64,000 nucleotides of DNA from a virus (Duplodnaviria; Caudoviricetes), in the IMG/VR virus record IMGVR_UViG_3300013212_000088, positions 96,001 to 160,000 of that record; one strand, written 5' to 3'. Of this stretch, positions 42,501 to 52,298 are shown in pieces. The notes under the pieces were generated by a model that saw only the letters and a list, made by a program, of their open reading frames with translations, did not search any database and had not been told where the DNA came from. How positions within the stretch are numbered: position 1 is the stretch's first letter; each line of letters starts with the position of its first letter. The position numbers were made by a program, and so were the translations under genes.

Positions 42501-44263
42501 CAACATTTGCTATAAAAATCTCACCATTAGCCGATAATAATTCTCAAAGCTTTAAACTAAGACTTTCTAATTCGATTCCTTTTCTCAGTACAGGAAAGTT
42601 AAAAGTCGATTTATATTCTTCGGCTTTAGGTTCAACACAGCCACAATCTATAATCAAATCAGGTTTAAATATTGCCCTTACTGATATAGAAACAGAAATA
42701 TCAGAACACAAGTTTGGCTTAAACGCAAGTTTATCAGCTGGTGACTATTGGTTAGTTTTTAATTCTAATCAGACGTTTAAAGAATATGCAACTAACACAG
42801 CAGGTACGGTTCAAGCATCAGGTACTAATGTTACGGGTACTGGGACTACATTTACAAATTATTTAGTTAATTCACAAATTGGTTTTGGTTCAACATTACC
42901 TTCCAGTATCTCAACTTGGTACACTATATCTAACATTGCAAGTGACACGGCTTTAACTTTAACTTCTTCTGCAGGATCCGTTTCTGCAGGATCAGATTAT
43001 GTGATAAAACATCAATTTAAAATCTGGGGTGTTTCTACAGGATCTACTACTCTTTATGGGCAAGAAAGAGATACTTCATGGAGTCCTTTAACATTCAGAC
43101 CTTACATTAGATTCTATCAACCAAGCGGAGAAATATATGGGGTTTTCAACAGGACAGACTACAGCATAGATAGCGTTTTGCCTCCACCAAATATGCAAAG
43201 AGAAAACCTGCCTATTTACAGATTAGAGGGATACCAATCATTTACTTCAAAAGAAATAAACCCTCCAAGGAAATTGCAACTTTATCCTAGAGCCTTTTAT
43301 GGGGGATTACTCAAAGATACAATTGGAACAGTTTCAGTTGTATCAGGCACAGCCGTAACTGGGGCCAATAACACTGATTTTACTTTGTTTGAAGGAGAGT
43401 CTGTTCAAATAGGATTTGGTTCCAGAAACCCTATTGATATTACTAACTGGTATGATGTTGCATCAATTGGCTCTACGAATACACTTACTATTTCTGGATT
43501 TGCAACTACAACTTCTAATGTCGATTACTTGTTCAGATTTGATCCAGAATGGCATTACGCAAAATACAGTAAAGACATTTATGTTTACTTAAAATATTAT
43601 TCAAAAGGCGTTCTAAAAGAAAACTATATCACTTTAAATAGAAATCCTTCATGGGAAACTTGGTGGTTTATAAAAAACTCATCAAGCATTAATGATATAA
43701 GTAGAACAATTGAATTAGAACAGCAATCTGATGTTTCTGTAATTACAAAGAATCTTAATTTTAATAACTTTAGTGTATCAGGTTCAACTGAATATATTCA
43801 AGCTAAGTCAAAAGCAGTTTTTAAACCTCAATCTAGCGGAACTTATAATTTTAGATTTTATTCAAGCTATGGCATCAAGGTGTTTATAAATGAAGAACCT
43901 TTACCTTTGATTGACAAACTTGATAATACAAACTCAGGTACAGGACACACATTCAATTTGACTTTATCAAGTGATGAGTACACTACTTTTGAAGTTTTGC
44001 ATACTCATAAAACTGATACATTAAACTCTACAGCTCATCCACAGCTCTTGGCAGGTGAATATAAATTGTCTGCATCAGTAACTTGGAATTATATAGATGA
44101 TACTTTCTACAATTTAGCATCACAAGCACCAGTTGATATTGATCCAGATGATGAAGTCATTGAAAAAATTGCATTCTTAACCGTTGGTAAAACACTTGAG
44201 GAGATTTCAACTCCAACTCATGGCGTCCCACCTGGAGATAAAATTGTTTTTAGGAATAAATAA
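39560..44263 (+). CDS. Large virion protein with two fibre-like repeats and a C-terminal PA14-like domain
   Basis: 1567 aa. Two GTxVTG..T.F..QIGFGS..WY.(I/V)..I.S...LT repeats; GTYNFRFYSSYGIKVFIN..LID is PA14-like. Confidence 0.65.
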   Translation: MSKTTRTGIEILANTIGRSKNKIKDSFGNLTKRRGFNLKAESTFTRIKTSNTFHDYDLASKSTDGYSDPEFLTYDVEDPIGFGIQGGEIAVNPKLTYPFPIYSAGTWNPSYDGPPSLEGWNVWLYNGWEDYIPPHMYDSVRTSNTSFYAPYGGEYTGKSSSVRNAVSAARATLSGPHKYNGNYSLPLNLADYVQVPKFENSRWISLRNTYGTNIDRDGDLADPLDGGSLSKNIKVKLHKDVLTGFKLIDPRADEPQDIKLMYHNNLIQNFTSSWQSVTLPTDYTSLTYLDFKIYPYNAFIEDNLNFDQTVNSEDYWILEINLPSSSGFTWTNDYFWHIAIYWNSTDNLTQNSHTSWEFDLLSFDMEDIAIDSTDGSIDVASSDLLIWNKKSFFKQNITNCLSYEKTGYFDQNVYLISKDKTLFEFKDGEYSDPQAPFRYSLSDTIPAAPKGETTSLVGYNIPAKNQIFPVLICSKNLGSQFDTPTANYFIFEGDACDRECISDFTDFDNYPTVNNDYDVLFRCILTRPVDEVFDVKQTSTLVNADFRILTADGIRFNYTDILNTSSVVYIEKIAINFSKYVSQDSDVAELLVPSFYRFLDNLRNNDYSFTYDNLTRAIIPDSIRLVFANINELLSISTLDQFNYQNIIHFLLKKPTDALVKNPNFEPRGIQFSYDSIENLTDLFVQVPSTNLAILTCDNLKNYNLKLPLASSFEVYQELSLLCEAIDPNISGNKIGLDYTFKLSLEDENQNILKKDLYLNASKFFLSDEDYNKRVLKGQSVIGYYKTGTDEEKAAKADGTLETIPDYYLYGYAGCIPDLSMEKAKPIQTRVVGSDKQEGQTREQFIASLPEGQDVDEALANYEGEFIEINLNKYPEKWVSIKEIGMTTSKFTFDTNPYWNVNFYGLIGGNGKSQNLQQADDYYPYSRDNVVADSFTISDKGLDTADNSIQVIENIYSQETEYDNTYYSQVSSTTGLAVTNTTFAIKISPLADNNSQSFKLRLSNSIPFLSTGKLKVDLYSSALGSTQPQSIIKSGLNIALTDIETEISEHKFGLNASLSAGDYWLVFNSNQTFKEYATNTAGTVQASGTNVTGTGTTFTNYLVNSQIGFGSTLPSSISTWYTISNIASDTALTLTSSAGSVSAGSDYVIKHQFKIWGVSTGSTTLYGQERDTSWSPLTFRPYIRFYQPSGEIYGVFNRTDYSIDSVLPPPNMQRENLPIYRLEGYQSFTSKEINPPRKLQLYPRAFYGGLLKDTIGTVSVVSGTAVTGANNTDFTLFEGESVQIGFGSRNPIDITNWYDVASIGSTNTLTISGFATTTSNVDYLFRFDPEWHYAKYSKDIYVYLKYYSKGVLKENYITLNRNPSWETWWFIKNSSSINDISRTIELEQQSDVSVITKNLNFNNFSVSGSTEYIQAKSKAVFKPQSSGTYNFRFYSSYGIKVFINEEPLPLIDKLDNTNSGTGHTFNLTLSSDEYTTFEVLHTHKTDTLNSTAHPQLLAGEYKLSASVTWNYIDDTFYNLASQAPVDIDPDDEVIEKIAFLTVGKTLEEISTPTHGVPPGDKIVFRNK

Positions 44264-45192
44264 TGGCAGCACCTAACCCTAATTCTGTTTTTGCAATGAA
44301 CAACTTGGTTTTAAAAATTAATTTATTAGACCAAGTGAATGATCTTGCTAAATCTATAAAAGAATATTCAATAGGCAAAGCAGATGTAACAAGAGATATT
44401 GATCTTTATTATGGTGCAGCTTTTGTTGAAACTACTGATCCAGACAAATTACAAAAACATATTGTAATAGGTAAGGGCTTAGAGAAATCTTCAATAAATA
44501 ACATTGCTGAAATTATTGCTTCTGGAGATCTAAGTGAAAATGAAATTGGAATATCAATTTTGTATGCAGACCCTAGCACTGATGTTATTAGAAGACAACA
44601 AATAAGTGGAGAATACGAAATAGTTTCAAATTGCTATGCTTTTGGATCAATCTTTATTGAAACAGGAACAGTAGGAGGCGATTTTACAAGTTCAATTTCA
44701 GCAGCCACACTTTTAGGAGCAAATAATAAGACTATATTTGTCTCCAAGGATATTAGTTTAGAAGAAGCTATTGATCTAGTTAAGAATAATATAATTGAAG
44801 ATATAACTCCAATATCAGATGCTTCATCAAATTATGGTGATTATTCTTATTTAAAAATATATGATTTTGTATTAAATATCAATTATTACGATGGTACTTT
44901 TCAAAATAGCAGAGTTGATATTTTTCCTGTAGATAGAAGAAAGGTGAGAAGTTTTTTCCCTTTTGCCACTGAAGAGCTTGCAGTTTTTTTGACTCCTAGA
45001 TTGATAAGAAGTGAGAGAAATATAGCAAGCAGGCAATCTACTATAAGGACTGAAATTAAAAACATAATAAAAGAATGGGTTTATATTCCGAATTGGAGTC
45101 CTAATTTCATTAATTACTGGAAGACATCTGCAATTGCGATGCCAGAACCATTAAAATTATTCTTGAGAAATGAATTAGGTATAATTATTTAA
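44263..45192 (+). CDS. Hypothetical virion-operon protein
   Basis: 309 aa; TAATG overlap with the upstream gene. Confidence 0.6.
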   Translation: MAAPNPNSVFAMNNLVLKINLLDQVNDLAKSIKEYSIGKADVTRDIDLYYGAAFVETTDPDKLQKHIVIGKGLEKSSINNIAEIIASGDLSENEIGISILYADPSTDVIRRQQISGEYEIVSNCYAFGSIFIETGTVGGDFTSSISAATLLGANNKTIFVSKDISLEEAIDLVKNNIIEDITPISDASSNYGDYSYLKIYDFVLNINYYDGTFQNSRVDIFPVDRRKVRSFFPFATEELAVFLTPRLIRSERNIASRQSTIRTEIKNIIKEWVYIPNWSPNFINYWKTSAIAMPEPLKLFLRNELGIII

Positions 45193-45193
45193 T

Positions 45194-47761
45194 ATGGCTA
45201 TATCATCAAAAATAGAAGAAGTTGTATATGAAGTTTCTAAAATAGCAGGCGAAGTTTATGAAACTTTGTCAAACAGCATAGGCTCTGTAGACACTCCATC
45301 ATCTGCAATTTTTGAAATCAACAACTTACTAAACTTAGCCAATTCTGAAGCTCCTTATTTCTCTGTCTTAGAAACTACACCGGTAAGTTTTGAAATTACC
45401 TATGACACAACAAACCCATACTATGTATATGTATCAAGTGGACAAGTTGTTTACAATGGTAATGTAATTAATATTGTTCCTCAAGAAATATCAATCAGAA
45501 GAAGTTTTAGTCAATTATATTCTGATCTTTATGTTTATGGTATGGTAGTGGGCCTTCCTATTGATGAGGTACAAAAGGCAACTCAGGCATGGTTCACAGA
45601 AACTACATCTACTGCTTCGATTGGATCAACTTTAATTTATATTGCTGATTCGACTGTTCCAGAATCTTTAGGATTTCCATTAGAAGCACAAGTAGGTAGA
45701 TTTTATTTAAGATTTATTGGTTTTAATGATGATAAAACCGCTTTGTTAATAGATCCAGGTCAAAATCTTGGAACTATTGCATCTCCTGTTTATGGTCAAT
45801 TACAAAGCTCAATTACATCTGGTTCTGCAATTAGATTTAATTATCAGCCTAGACTGCAATCAATCTCAGGCTTCCCAATTTTAACAGGTGACGGAACTGC
45901 AATGCCTGAAGATTTTGGTTATTATCCACCACTACCTACTTCATGGCTGCCTATTGGAAAGCTACTTGTAAATAATCCTGGTGATCAAAGTGTTGTATTA
46001 AACTCAGGAGAACCAGCTATAGTTTCGACCTTAGTTGCTTTACCTTTTAATAATTCTTCAAATCCTATATTTGGTGATAGTGAAGATAATGACAGAGTAA
46101 TTTCAGCTTGCGAAAACGCCTTAACAGATCTTTCTCAATTAAAGTCAAGTACAATCATTTCAGATGTTGCTCAGGGTTTAAAGTCTCTTTCATTAAAATT
46201 AAATACTACTGGACAAACTAGTTTAAGAAAAATATGGTCTGAACAGCCCTTTAGACCTAAGAGCAATTTCTCTAAAGGCTTGTCGTTTACAGGCTTAGAA
46301 AGATTTGAATTTCCTTATTCATTTTGTCAGGCATATTATGAGCTTACAAATGAAGACTTACAGCATACTTTCGCAATATTTAGAGGTGATTTAGTAGCAA
46401 ACAATTCTAGGTTAATTGGCTCTACAGGAATAGGAAATAATTTTACTGCAACCTCACTTAATGCTCCAGGAAGTTTATCTAGTCTTGAAAGGGGTACACA
46501 TATCTATGGTGGTAGTGTTGTCAAAAGTATTACAGGAACAACTGCTGGGGAAACAGTTCCAAAGTATATAGATATCACTACAAATACAGTTTCAAACAAT
46601 AATTATCTAATTGAGCTTAACTGGACCAATGTTGCCGATGCTCTTTTCTATCATGTATATAAAAGAGGTAACTTTGCTGCTGATTTAATGGAATATAGAT
46701 TAACTGTGGCTGATGAAATACAAAAGCAACCTAAGTTTGATAATACATCTGTTACTGACGATTCTAATGTTTCAATGTCTTTATCTTATGTTGCTATAAA
46801 AATTGAACCAGATAATGATGGTTTCTGTGGTGGTATTTCTGTAAAACATTTATTTGGTCCAGAAACATATACAATTAAAAACACAAATGCATATATTTCT
46901 GCAACTCTTTATGATTCAGTAGCAGAAACAGTAACATCTGCAGAAACTGATGCAACTCTTGATGATGATGATACTTTATATGTGCCTGATATATCTGCAC
47001 CTCTTACAAATGAAGTTAAGCTTTACTTGGGTGATATTACAGACCAAAGTGATGAGTACACATTCAAGTTTAAAAAAGGCGTCAATTTAACTAGTGGAAA
47101 TATTTATTGGTTAGTTCTTTATAAATCTGCAAATGCCACAGTTATTGATCCAGAAACTCTAGCTGAAAGCACCGGAACAGTTTACCTTAGGGGAGAAGAC
47201 AGAACTGGAGTTGGAACTTATGGTGAAATTAAACTTTGGAAATCAGCAACCTTAGCTACAGGATTTAATAACTGGACAACTTATGACAGTGGTGGTGATG
47301 AAAATATATACAACCCATATTACAAGTTGAGAGGATATCTTGACAATGGGCTTGCTGTTAAGTACCCAGTTAGAAGAGGATTAAAGTTCACTAGTAGAAT
47401 CTCTTTGATCCCAAGAAGATTATCAATTTATGTACCTCCTGTTGACAATATATCTGCAGCAGTTTCTGAATATTTTTCTGCTGCTTATGACGGGTTAGAA
47501 ACTGAAGATACAACAACAAAAAATGAAATGGTTGTTACTGTTACTGCAAGAAATGGGGCAACAGGAACCCCAACAACTTTCACACAAACAATTCCTCAAT
47601 ACACATTAAGAGATACAAGATTTACTTTAGGTAACACTGCTGATTTATTTGATCGAATTGATGATGTAACAGTAACCCCAGGAACTAACTTACAAAGAAC
47701 TAATAATGGACCTATAAAATGGTCTCTTTATGACTTCTTCACTGTAGAAACACTACCGTAA
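45194..47761 (+). CDS. Virion structural protein
   Basis: 855 aa, beta-rich; shares the ..LY....P.......YW(L/V)V module with other virion proteins in the window. Confidence 0.6.
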   Translation: MAISSKIEEVVYEVSKIAGEVYETLSNSIGSVDTPSSAIFEINNLLNLANSEAPYFSVLETTPVSFEITYDTTNPYYVYVSSGQVVYNGNVINIVPQEISIRRSFSQLYSDLYVYGMVVGLPIDEVQKATQAWFTETTSTASIGSTLIYIADSTVPESLGFPLEAQVGRFYLRFIGFNDDKTALLIDPGQNLGTIASPVYGQLQSSITSGSAIRFNYQPRLQSISGFPILTGDGTAMPEDFGYYPPLPTSWLPIGKLLVNNPGDQSVVLNSGEPAIVSTLVALPFNNSSNPIFGDSEDNDRVISACENALTDLSQLKSSTIISDVAQGLKSLSLKLNTTGQTSLRKIWSEQPFRPKSNFSKGLSFTGLERFEFPYSFCQAYYELTNEDLQHTFAIFRGDLVANNSRLIGSTGIGNNFTATSLNAPGSLSSLERGTHIYGGSVVKSITGTTAGETVPKYIDITTNTVSNNNYLIELNWTNVADALFYHVYKRGNFAADLMEYRLTVADEIQKQPKFDNTSVTDDSNVSMSLSYVAIKIEPDNDGFCGGISVKHLFGPETYTIKNTNAYISATLYDSVAETVTSAETDATLDDDDTLYVPDISAPLTNEVKLYLGDITDQSDEYTFKFKKGVNLTSGNIYWLVLYKSANATVIDPETLAESTGTVYLRGEDRTGVGTYGEIKLWKSATLATGFNNWTTYDSGGDENIYNPYYKLRGYLDNGLAVKYPVRRGLKFTSRISLIPRRLSIYVPPVDNISAAVSEYFSAAYDGLETEDTTTKNEMVVTVTARNGATGTPTTFTQTIPQYTLRDTRFTLGNTADLFDRIDDVTVTPGTNLQRTNNGPIKWSLYDFFTVETLP

Positions 47762-49110
47762 TGAACGATTTAAGAAGTCAGTATTCTAGTTTAGGGTTTA
47801 ATCCTGGATATTACGATCTATTGGTTTTGGATCGTAATATCTCTATAGAGCCCGACTTTAACTTTAATTTTAATAATCTTGATTACAACAAAATACTTAA
47901 TGTAGAAAACTTAGAATTTTCTTTTTCTCAAGATGCTACTAATTTTACAAGACTAGCTGGTGAAGGTGCTGATCCAAATAATTTTGGTTTAGGTAAAGCT
48001 GATTTTTCTGCATCATTCAATATGCTGCTTAAAGTTCCATCTACTGGATATGTAGATTTTGGTTTCGCTAATTTATGGGATTGTGCAACTCTGGCATATA
48101 AAGGCACTGGTAATTCAGCTTCAGGTAGATTAATCAACAATAACAATCCCGTTGGTATAGGTACAACTTTCATAGTTGTAGACAATATTGCTGACTTTGC
48201 TGCTTTACCAACACCATTTAGTCTATATTTTAAGAAGTTTAGCGGTACAGCATCAACTGAAACTAAAACTGTAACCTCTATTGATAAAGCAAATAGAAGA
48301 TTGTTTTTTTCATCAGGAACAGCATATACTCATGTATTAAGTAATACTTTTGTATGGGCAAAGCCAACTAACCCAGGAACAAACAGAGAGCCTACTTTTT
48401 CTTTAGTTTCTTTATTTCAGGGTTTGATGAGTGGTTGTCTTGTAAATAAATTAACATTAGATGTAAAGCCTGGTGAAGATATTGATGTAAATATTGAAGT
48501 TAAGTTTACAAATGTTGACAGAAAATATCAAATAGATGCTTTTGCTAATTATGAATCATTAGATTCTAATATATCGAAATATAAAGTTCAAAGAGCTGCA
48601 AATGGGTCCGAAGTAAGAATTAATAATACTTCATATACTGCAGGCGGATTTGGTTTAACTAATGCTTTTGGTCATCCATTTTTTCAAGGATTTGTAGGAT
48701 TAGGAATGACCAGTTTCTTAGTCAAAGAAATGACTATTACTATCGATAATCAATTAGAGCCAGTTTATGGTCTACATTCTATTTCAAGCGATGTTCACAT
48801 AAGAAGACGTGAAAATCTTAAGCCTTATGCATTAGTTTCAAGTGGAAGAAAGATAGAAGGGGTAATCAAATATTTATCTCCTATAGCTCCTTGGACATTA
48901 GCAGAAAAATTAGCTGGACCTTCAAGTATAAATAATGGTGGGATAGAAATTGATTTTGGAACCTTTAAAATATCTTTTTCAGAAGTAGTATGGTCAGGTT
49001 CAAAAGCTTCTTCACCAATGTCTGATAATCAGACTAAAGAAATTAAGTTTAGTGTTGCAACTGAAAAACTTGAAATAAATCCTGTTTTAAATTTTTCTAG
49101 TAGTTTTTAA
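47761..49110 (+). CDS. Major tail tube protein (siphovirus-like) with an inserted beta-barrel domain
   Basis: SGCLVNKLTLDVKPGEDIDVNIEVKF and VKEMTITIDNQLEPVYGL..GRKIEGVIKY are tail-tube family patterns; followed by chaperone-like ORFs. Confidence 0.7.
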   Translation: MNDLRSQYSSLGFNPGYYDLLVLDRNISIEPDFNFNFNNLDYNKILNVENLEFSFSQDATNFTRLAGEGADPNNFGLGKADFSASFNMLLKVPSTGYVDFGFANLWDCATLAYKGTGNSASGRLINNNNPVGIGTTFIVVDNIADFAALPTPFSLYFKKFSGTASTETKTVTSIDKANRRLFFSSGTAYTHVLSNTFVWAKPTNPGTNREPTFSLVSLFQGLMSGCLVNKLTLDVKPGEDIDVNIEVKFTNVDRKYQIDAFANYESLDSNISKYKVQRAANGSEVRINNTSYTAGGFGLTNAFGHPFFQGFVGLGMTSFLVKEMTITIDNQLEPVYGLHSISSDVHIRRRENLKPYALVSSGRKIEGVIKYLSPIAPWTLAEKLAGPSSINNGGIEIDFGTFKISFSEVVWSGSKASSPMSDNQTKEIKFSVATEKLEINPVLNFSSSF

Positions 49111-49119
49111 GGAATTAGG

Positions 49120-49521
49120 ATGAGTATATTTGTTAATCCAGAAGAAACATTTCCAATTGTAGTGAAATTAAAAGTTAAGAATGAAGTAGATGGTGTTATT
49201 ACTTCTATCAAAATATGCAAACCAGACGAAGAAGGCGAAGATATTATTTCATTGATATGTGATGCTAAAGGAAGAGATTTTGAAACCATGTCTCAAATTT
49301 TAGAAGAAGCAACTATCATTAATGCAGTAACTGGCAACCCAATGGTCAGAACATACATCTTGTGCAAATTAATTATTTTAAGTTTCTTCAGATCTTGGAA
49401 TCTTAAAGACTCTGAAACTGGAAATCTAATTCCAATTACAAATGAAAATATTGGTAAAACAAGGCATGAAATTATTAGGGCATTAGCTCAGGAATGGCTC
49501 AAGCTCACAAGTGGTAAATAA
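49120..49521 (+). CDS. Probable tail assembly chaperone
   Basis: 133 aa directly after the tube gene; FFRSWNLKD..IPITNENI chaperone-like pattern. Confidence 0.55.
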   Translation: MSIFVNPEETFPIVVKLKVKNEVDGVITSIKICKPDEEGEDIISLICDAKGRDFETMSQILEEATIINAVTGNPMVRTYILCKLIILSFFRSWNLKDSETGNLIPITNENIGKTRHEIIRALAQEWLKLTSGK

Positions 49522-50843
49522 TGTTAGAATACAGAAACAATGTTTATAATGGGGTACCTGCAAAAGGTCATAGCTTATATGTTATGGCCTTCAATGACTT
49601 TAACCCTAGAATAAATAATCTGTTTAGAATCTCACTTGGAACTGGATACACGTTAAACACTAGTAAAAAAACTATTCCTGGATTTGTTTTAGATTTATAT
49701 GATCTACCAAACAGAATGCCAGGAGTGGAATTAAGACAAATTGATCTTGATGGTGTTAGCACTCAGAGAGCAGCATTTCCATTTGATATTGAAAAATATC
49801 ATAGATTATGGGCAACTAATTTTTCAGATGATTCAGGATCTAAAGTCTTTCAAAAATTAGATACATTCTGGCCTTTTGCTCTGGATAATAAACTTAAGTT
49901 TTCTGAACAGACATATACAATTCCAAGCATTAAGTTCTCCCCTTTGATTTCAGAAGATGGTGAGAATCAACAATCTTCTGCTGAAAATGTGATATACAAA
50001 GCAGCTGTTATCCCAATGTTTCCTTTAATGTTTGTAACTAGCGTTTCTAATCACTTTACATATGGGCCTGTGTTTATGGAATCATTTTCTATAGACTTAA
50101 ATGGATTTAATAGTCTTAAAGAAGTTGAAATATCTTGTAGGTTTGCTGGTGGTAAATCATTTATCAGTCCACCAGATATACCAATTTTAGAGCCTAACAG
50201 AGCTGTTCCAAAGGTTATTAAAAATGGTGATTTAGAGCCTGAAGAAATACTTGATTATAGAAATTATAGAGTAGCTTCACTACAAGATTGTTTAGTAAGC
50301 ACAACTATATTTGACGCTCCTAGTAGCTTTAAAGCTTTAAAAACTTTACTGTTCAACAAAGCAAAAGTAACAGCGCCGACAGTAAAAACTAAAGATCAAA
50401 AAAATATTGTAATATCAACCAAAACAGTAGCAAGTAAAGTTATTGCTATGAGCTTGACCATAAATCAAGGAGTTGAATTAAGATTTACTACTCCTGTTGC
50501 TGAAGGCATTTATTTGGGTGATTTAGTTGGGCCAAAATATGCAGCTTTGAAAACAAGAACTGTTACTGGTAACATTTCAATTTATAGAGCTAAAACATCT
50601 AACTTCCTTGATGTTTACCCAGAATCTCCACTGACAATGTATTTTGGAAATAATTTCTTATTTCATTTTAGAAACGTAGACTGGGGTAATCCTAGTTTTT
50701 CTTTAAGTCCAGAAGGTGGAGAAATACATACTTGGTCATTTTCCGCCAGAATCCCTCAAGGTGCTGGGTTTTGGGGTAATACTTTAGGTGGGCCAGTTTC
50801 AGAAATTGATTTAGACCACGCAGAGATATTAAGATTACAATGA
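49521..50843 (+). CDS. Second tail-tube-like paralogue
   Basis: FMESFSIDL..VEISCRF and VIAMSLTINQGVE..RTVTGNISIY parallel the tube gene motifs. Confidence 0.5.
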   Translation: MLEYRNNVYNGVPAKGHSLYVMAFNDFNPRINNLFRISLGTGYTLNTSKKTIPGFVLDLYDLPNRMPGVELRQIDLDGVSTQRAAFPFDIEKYHRLWATNFSDDSGSKVFQKLDTFWPFALDNKLKFSEQTYTIPSIKFSPLISEDGENQQSSAENVIYKAAVIPMFPLMFVTSVSNHFTYGPVFMESFSIDLNGFNSLKEVEISCRFAGGKSFISPPDIPILEPNRAVPKVIKNGDLEPEEILDYRNYRVASLQDCLVSTTIFDAPSSFKALKTLLFNKAKVTAPTVKTKDQKNIVISTKTVASKVIAMSLTINQGVELRFTTPVAEGIYLGDLVGPKYAALKTRTVTGNISIYRAKTSNFLDVYPESPLTMYFGNNFLFHFRNVDWGNPSFSLSPEGGEIHTWSFSARIPQGAGFWGNTLGGPVSEIDLDHAEILRLQ

Positions 50844-51562
50844 CACACGAAGAAGCTTTAAAAGTTATGATGGGCATGGGAGATATGATGCAAAGTGACA
50901 ATGCACCAGTTGAAACCAAAGACGAAATGCCCCAGATAGAAAAAGACCAATATATCTTCAAAGTAAAAATTGGAGATAATTTAGCCATCTTTTGTGTAAG
51001 GGATTTAAAATGGCACGAGTCTTTATCGATAGAAGCTAAATCATTCAGAGTGGAAGAATCTGATTTGTATTTTTCAGGAGAATATCAAAGAAGAGAAATA
51101 CTGAAAAAAGCAATTGTGTGGGTTTATGATCTTATTAATGAAAAGATTAAAGTTAATAATGATGACACAATTTTAAATCAACTAAATCAAGACTATGTTG
51201 ATGAGTTATGGTCTCAATATTTCAAGTACACCAACATTGATGCAAAGGAAGCTAACCTCATATATACTTCTGCATTGAAATACTTTAAGGGTGAAAGCCA
51301 AAACTCATACCCTGTTTTGCCATTGATTATTGAAGTAGACTTTATGCTTAAGGGTGTAATTTCTATGTCAAGAGAAGAGTTTAGAACATTGTCTTCTAAT
51401 GACCTTGAGAGATTGCAATTAATTATGACTGCAAGAGCTGACGCATTAGGTTTGGCGTATCAACAAATAGTCCCACCAAAAGCACCTGAGCAAGATGGAT
51501 TTGACAGTGAATTGATGAACTCTTTACCACCACATCTAAAAGCAGCTATGAAATATGCTTAG
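50840..51562 (+). CDS. Tail assembly chaperone-like protein
   Basis: FCVRDLKWHE..LNQDYVDELWSQY pattern; last gene of the tail operon. Confidence 0.45.
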   Translation: MTHEEALKVMMGMGDMMQSDNAPVETKDEMPQIEKDQYIFKVKIGDNLAIFCVRDLKWHESLSIEAKSFRVEESDLYFSGEYQRREILKKAIVWVYDLINEKIKVNNDDTILNQLNQDYVDELWSQYFKYTNIDAKEANLIYTSALKYFKGESQNSYPVLPLIIEVDFMLKGVISMSREEFRTLSSNDLERLQLIMTARADALGLAYQQIVPPKAPEQDGFDSELMNSLPPHLKAAMKYA

Positions 51563-51891
51563 TGTTTAAAATATTTTTCTAAATGTTGATTGTCATTTTT
51601 TAATTTAGAAGATTTAATAATTGCAGAGTAAGGCTTTGTCATATCTTCAATTTCTTTTTTAACACCTTCAGTTATGTCTGACAATTCATCAACATAAATA
51701 ACTACTGCATTTTTAGCCTTGCTTGGAGTAATATTGTGTATTCCATAGCTGCCCATAAACTTTTCAGAAATATCATCGGAAACAATATCTAACTCATCCA
51801 AATCTTCTTCTTCATATTTACTTTTCTTAGATAAAGATTCTCTATGCTTTCTATTGTTGTATCCATCAAAATCATCGTTAAATCTGTTCAT
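51559..51891 (-). CDS. Acidic hypothetical protein
   Basis: ATG at 51891 (the track start at 51897 is TTG); convergent with the tail operon. Confidence 0.6.
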   Translation of the reverse strand: MNRFNDDFDGYNNRKHRESLSKKSKYEEEDLDELDIVSDDISEKFMGSYGIHNITPSKAKNAVVIYVDELSDITEGVKKEIEDMTKPYSAIIKSSKLKNDNQHLEKYFKH

Positions 51892-51905
51892 TACCAATCA
51901 TCCAA

Positions 51906-52298
51906 TTAAATACCGCAGTTAGTATTCAACCAATTAAATATTTGTAAATTTTCGCTACTTCTATCTACTACATTAAACTGACTAAAGGTTGTTACACCAG
52001 TTAGACCAATGCCGACAGAAGTTCCGATACCACTCAAAATTATTCTTCTGGCTTCATCTGCAAAAACTGTCATTGTAGCTGAAGTTAGAGATAAAAAATT
52101 AGATTGAATTAAATCTTCTCTAGCGGTTAAAAGTGTAGTGTCACCAATACCAGAATAAATATCACTTAAATTATATACTTCTAGATATCTTTTAGATAAC
52201 GGAGCTTCATCATTATCAAGCAAATATTTTATTTGAACATTGTTATTATGAAAATCAAGGTCTTCTATTGTGTAGTTAACTGTAATACCTATTGCCAT
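51906..52298 (-). CDS. Hypothetical protein
   Basis: 130 aa; TAATG overlap with the upstream gene. Confidence 0.6.
   Translation of the reverse strand: MAIGITVNYTIEDLDFHNNNVQIKYLLDNDEAPLSKRYLEVYNLSDIYSGIGDTTLLTAREDLIQSNFLSLTSATMTVFADEARRIILSGIGTSVGIGLTGVTTFSQFNVVDRSSENLQIFNWLNTNCGI

Noticed and set aside
42966-42993. Direct repeat TTCTGCAGGATC x2
   Set aside because: It simply encodes SAGS twice within a coding region.
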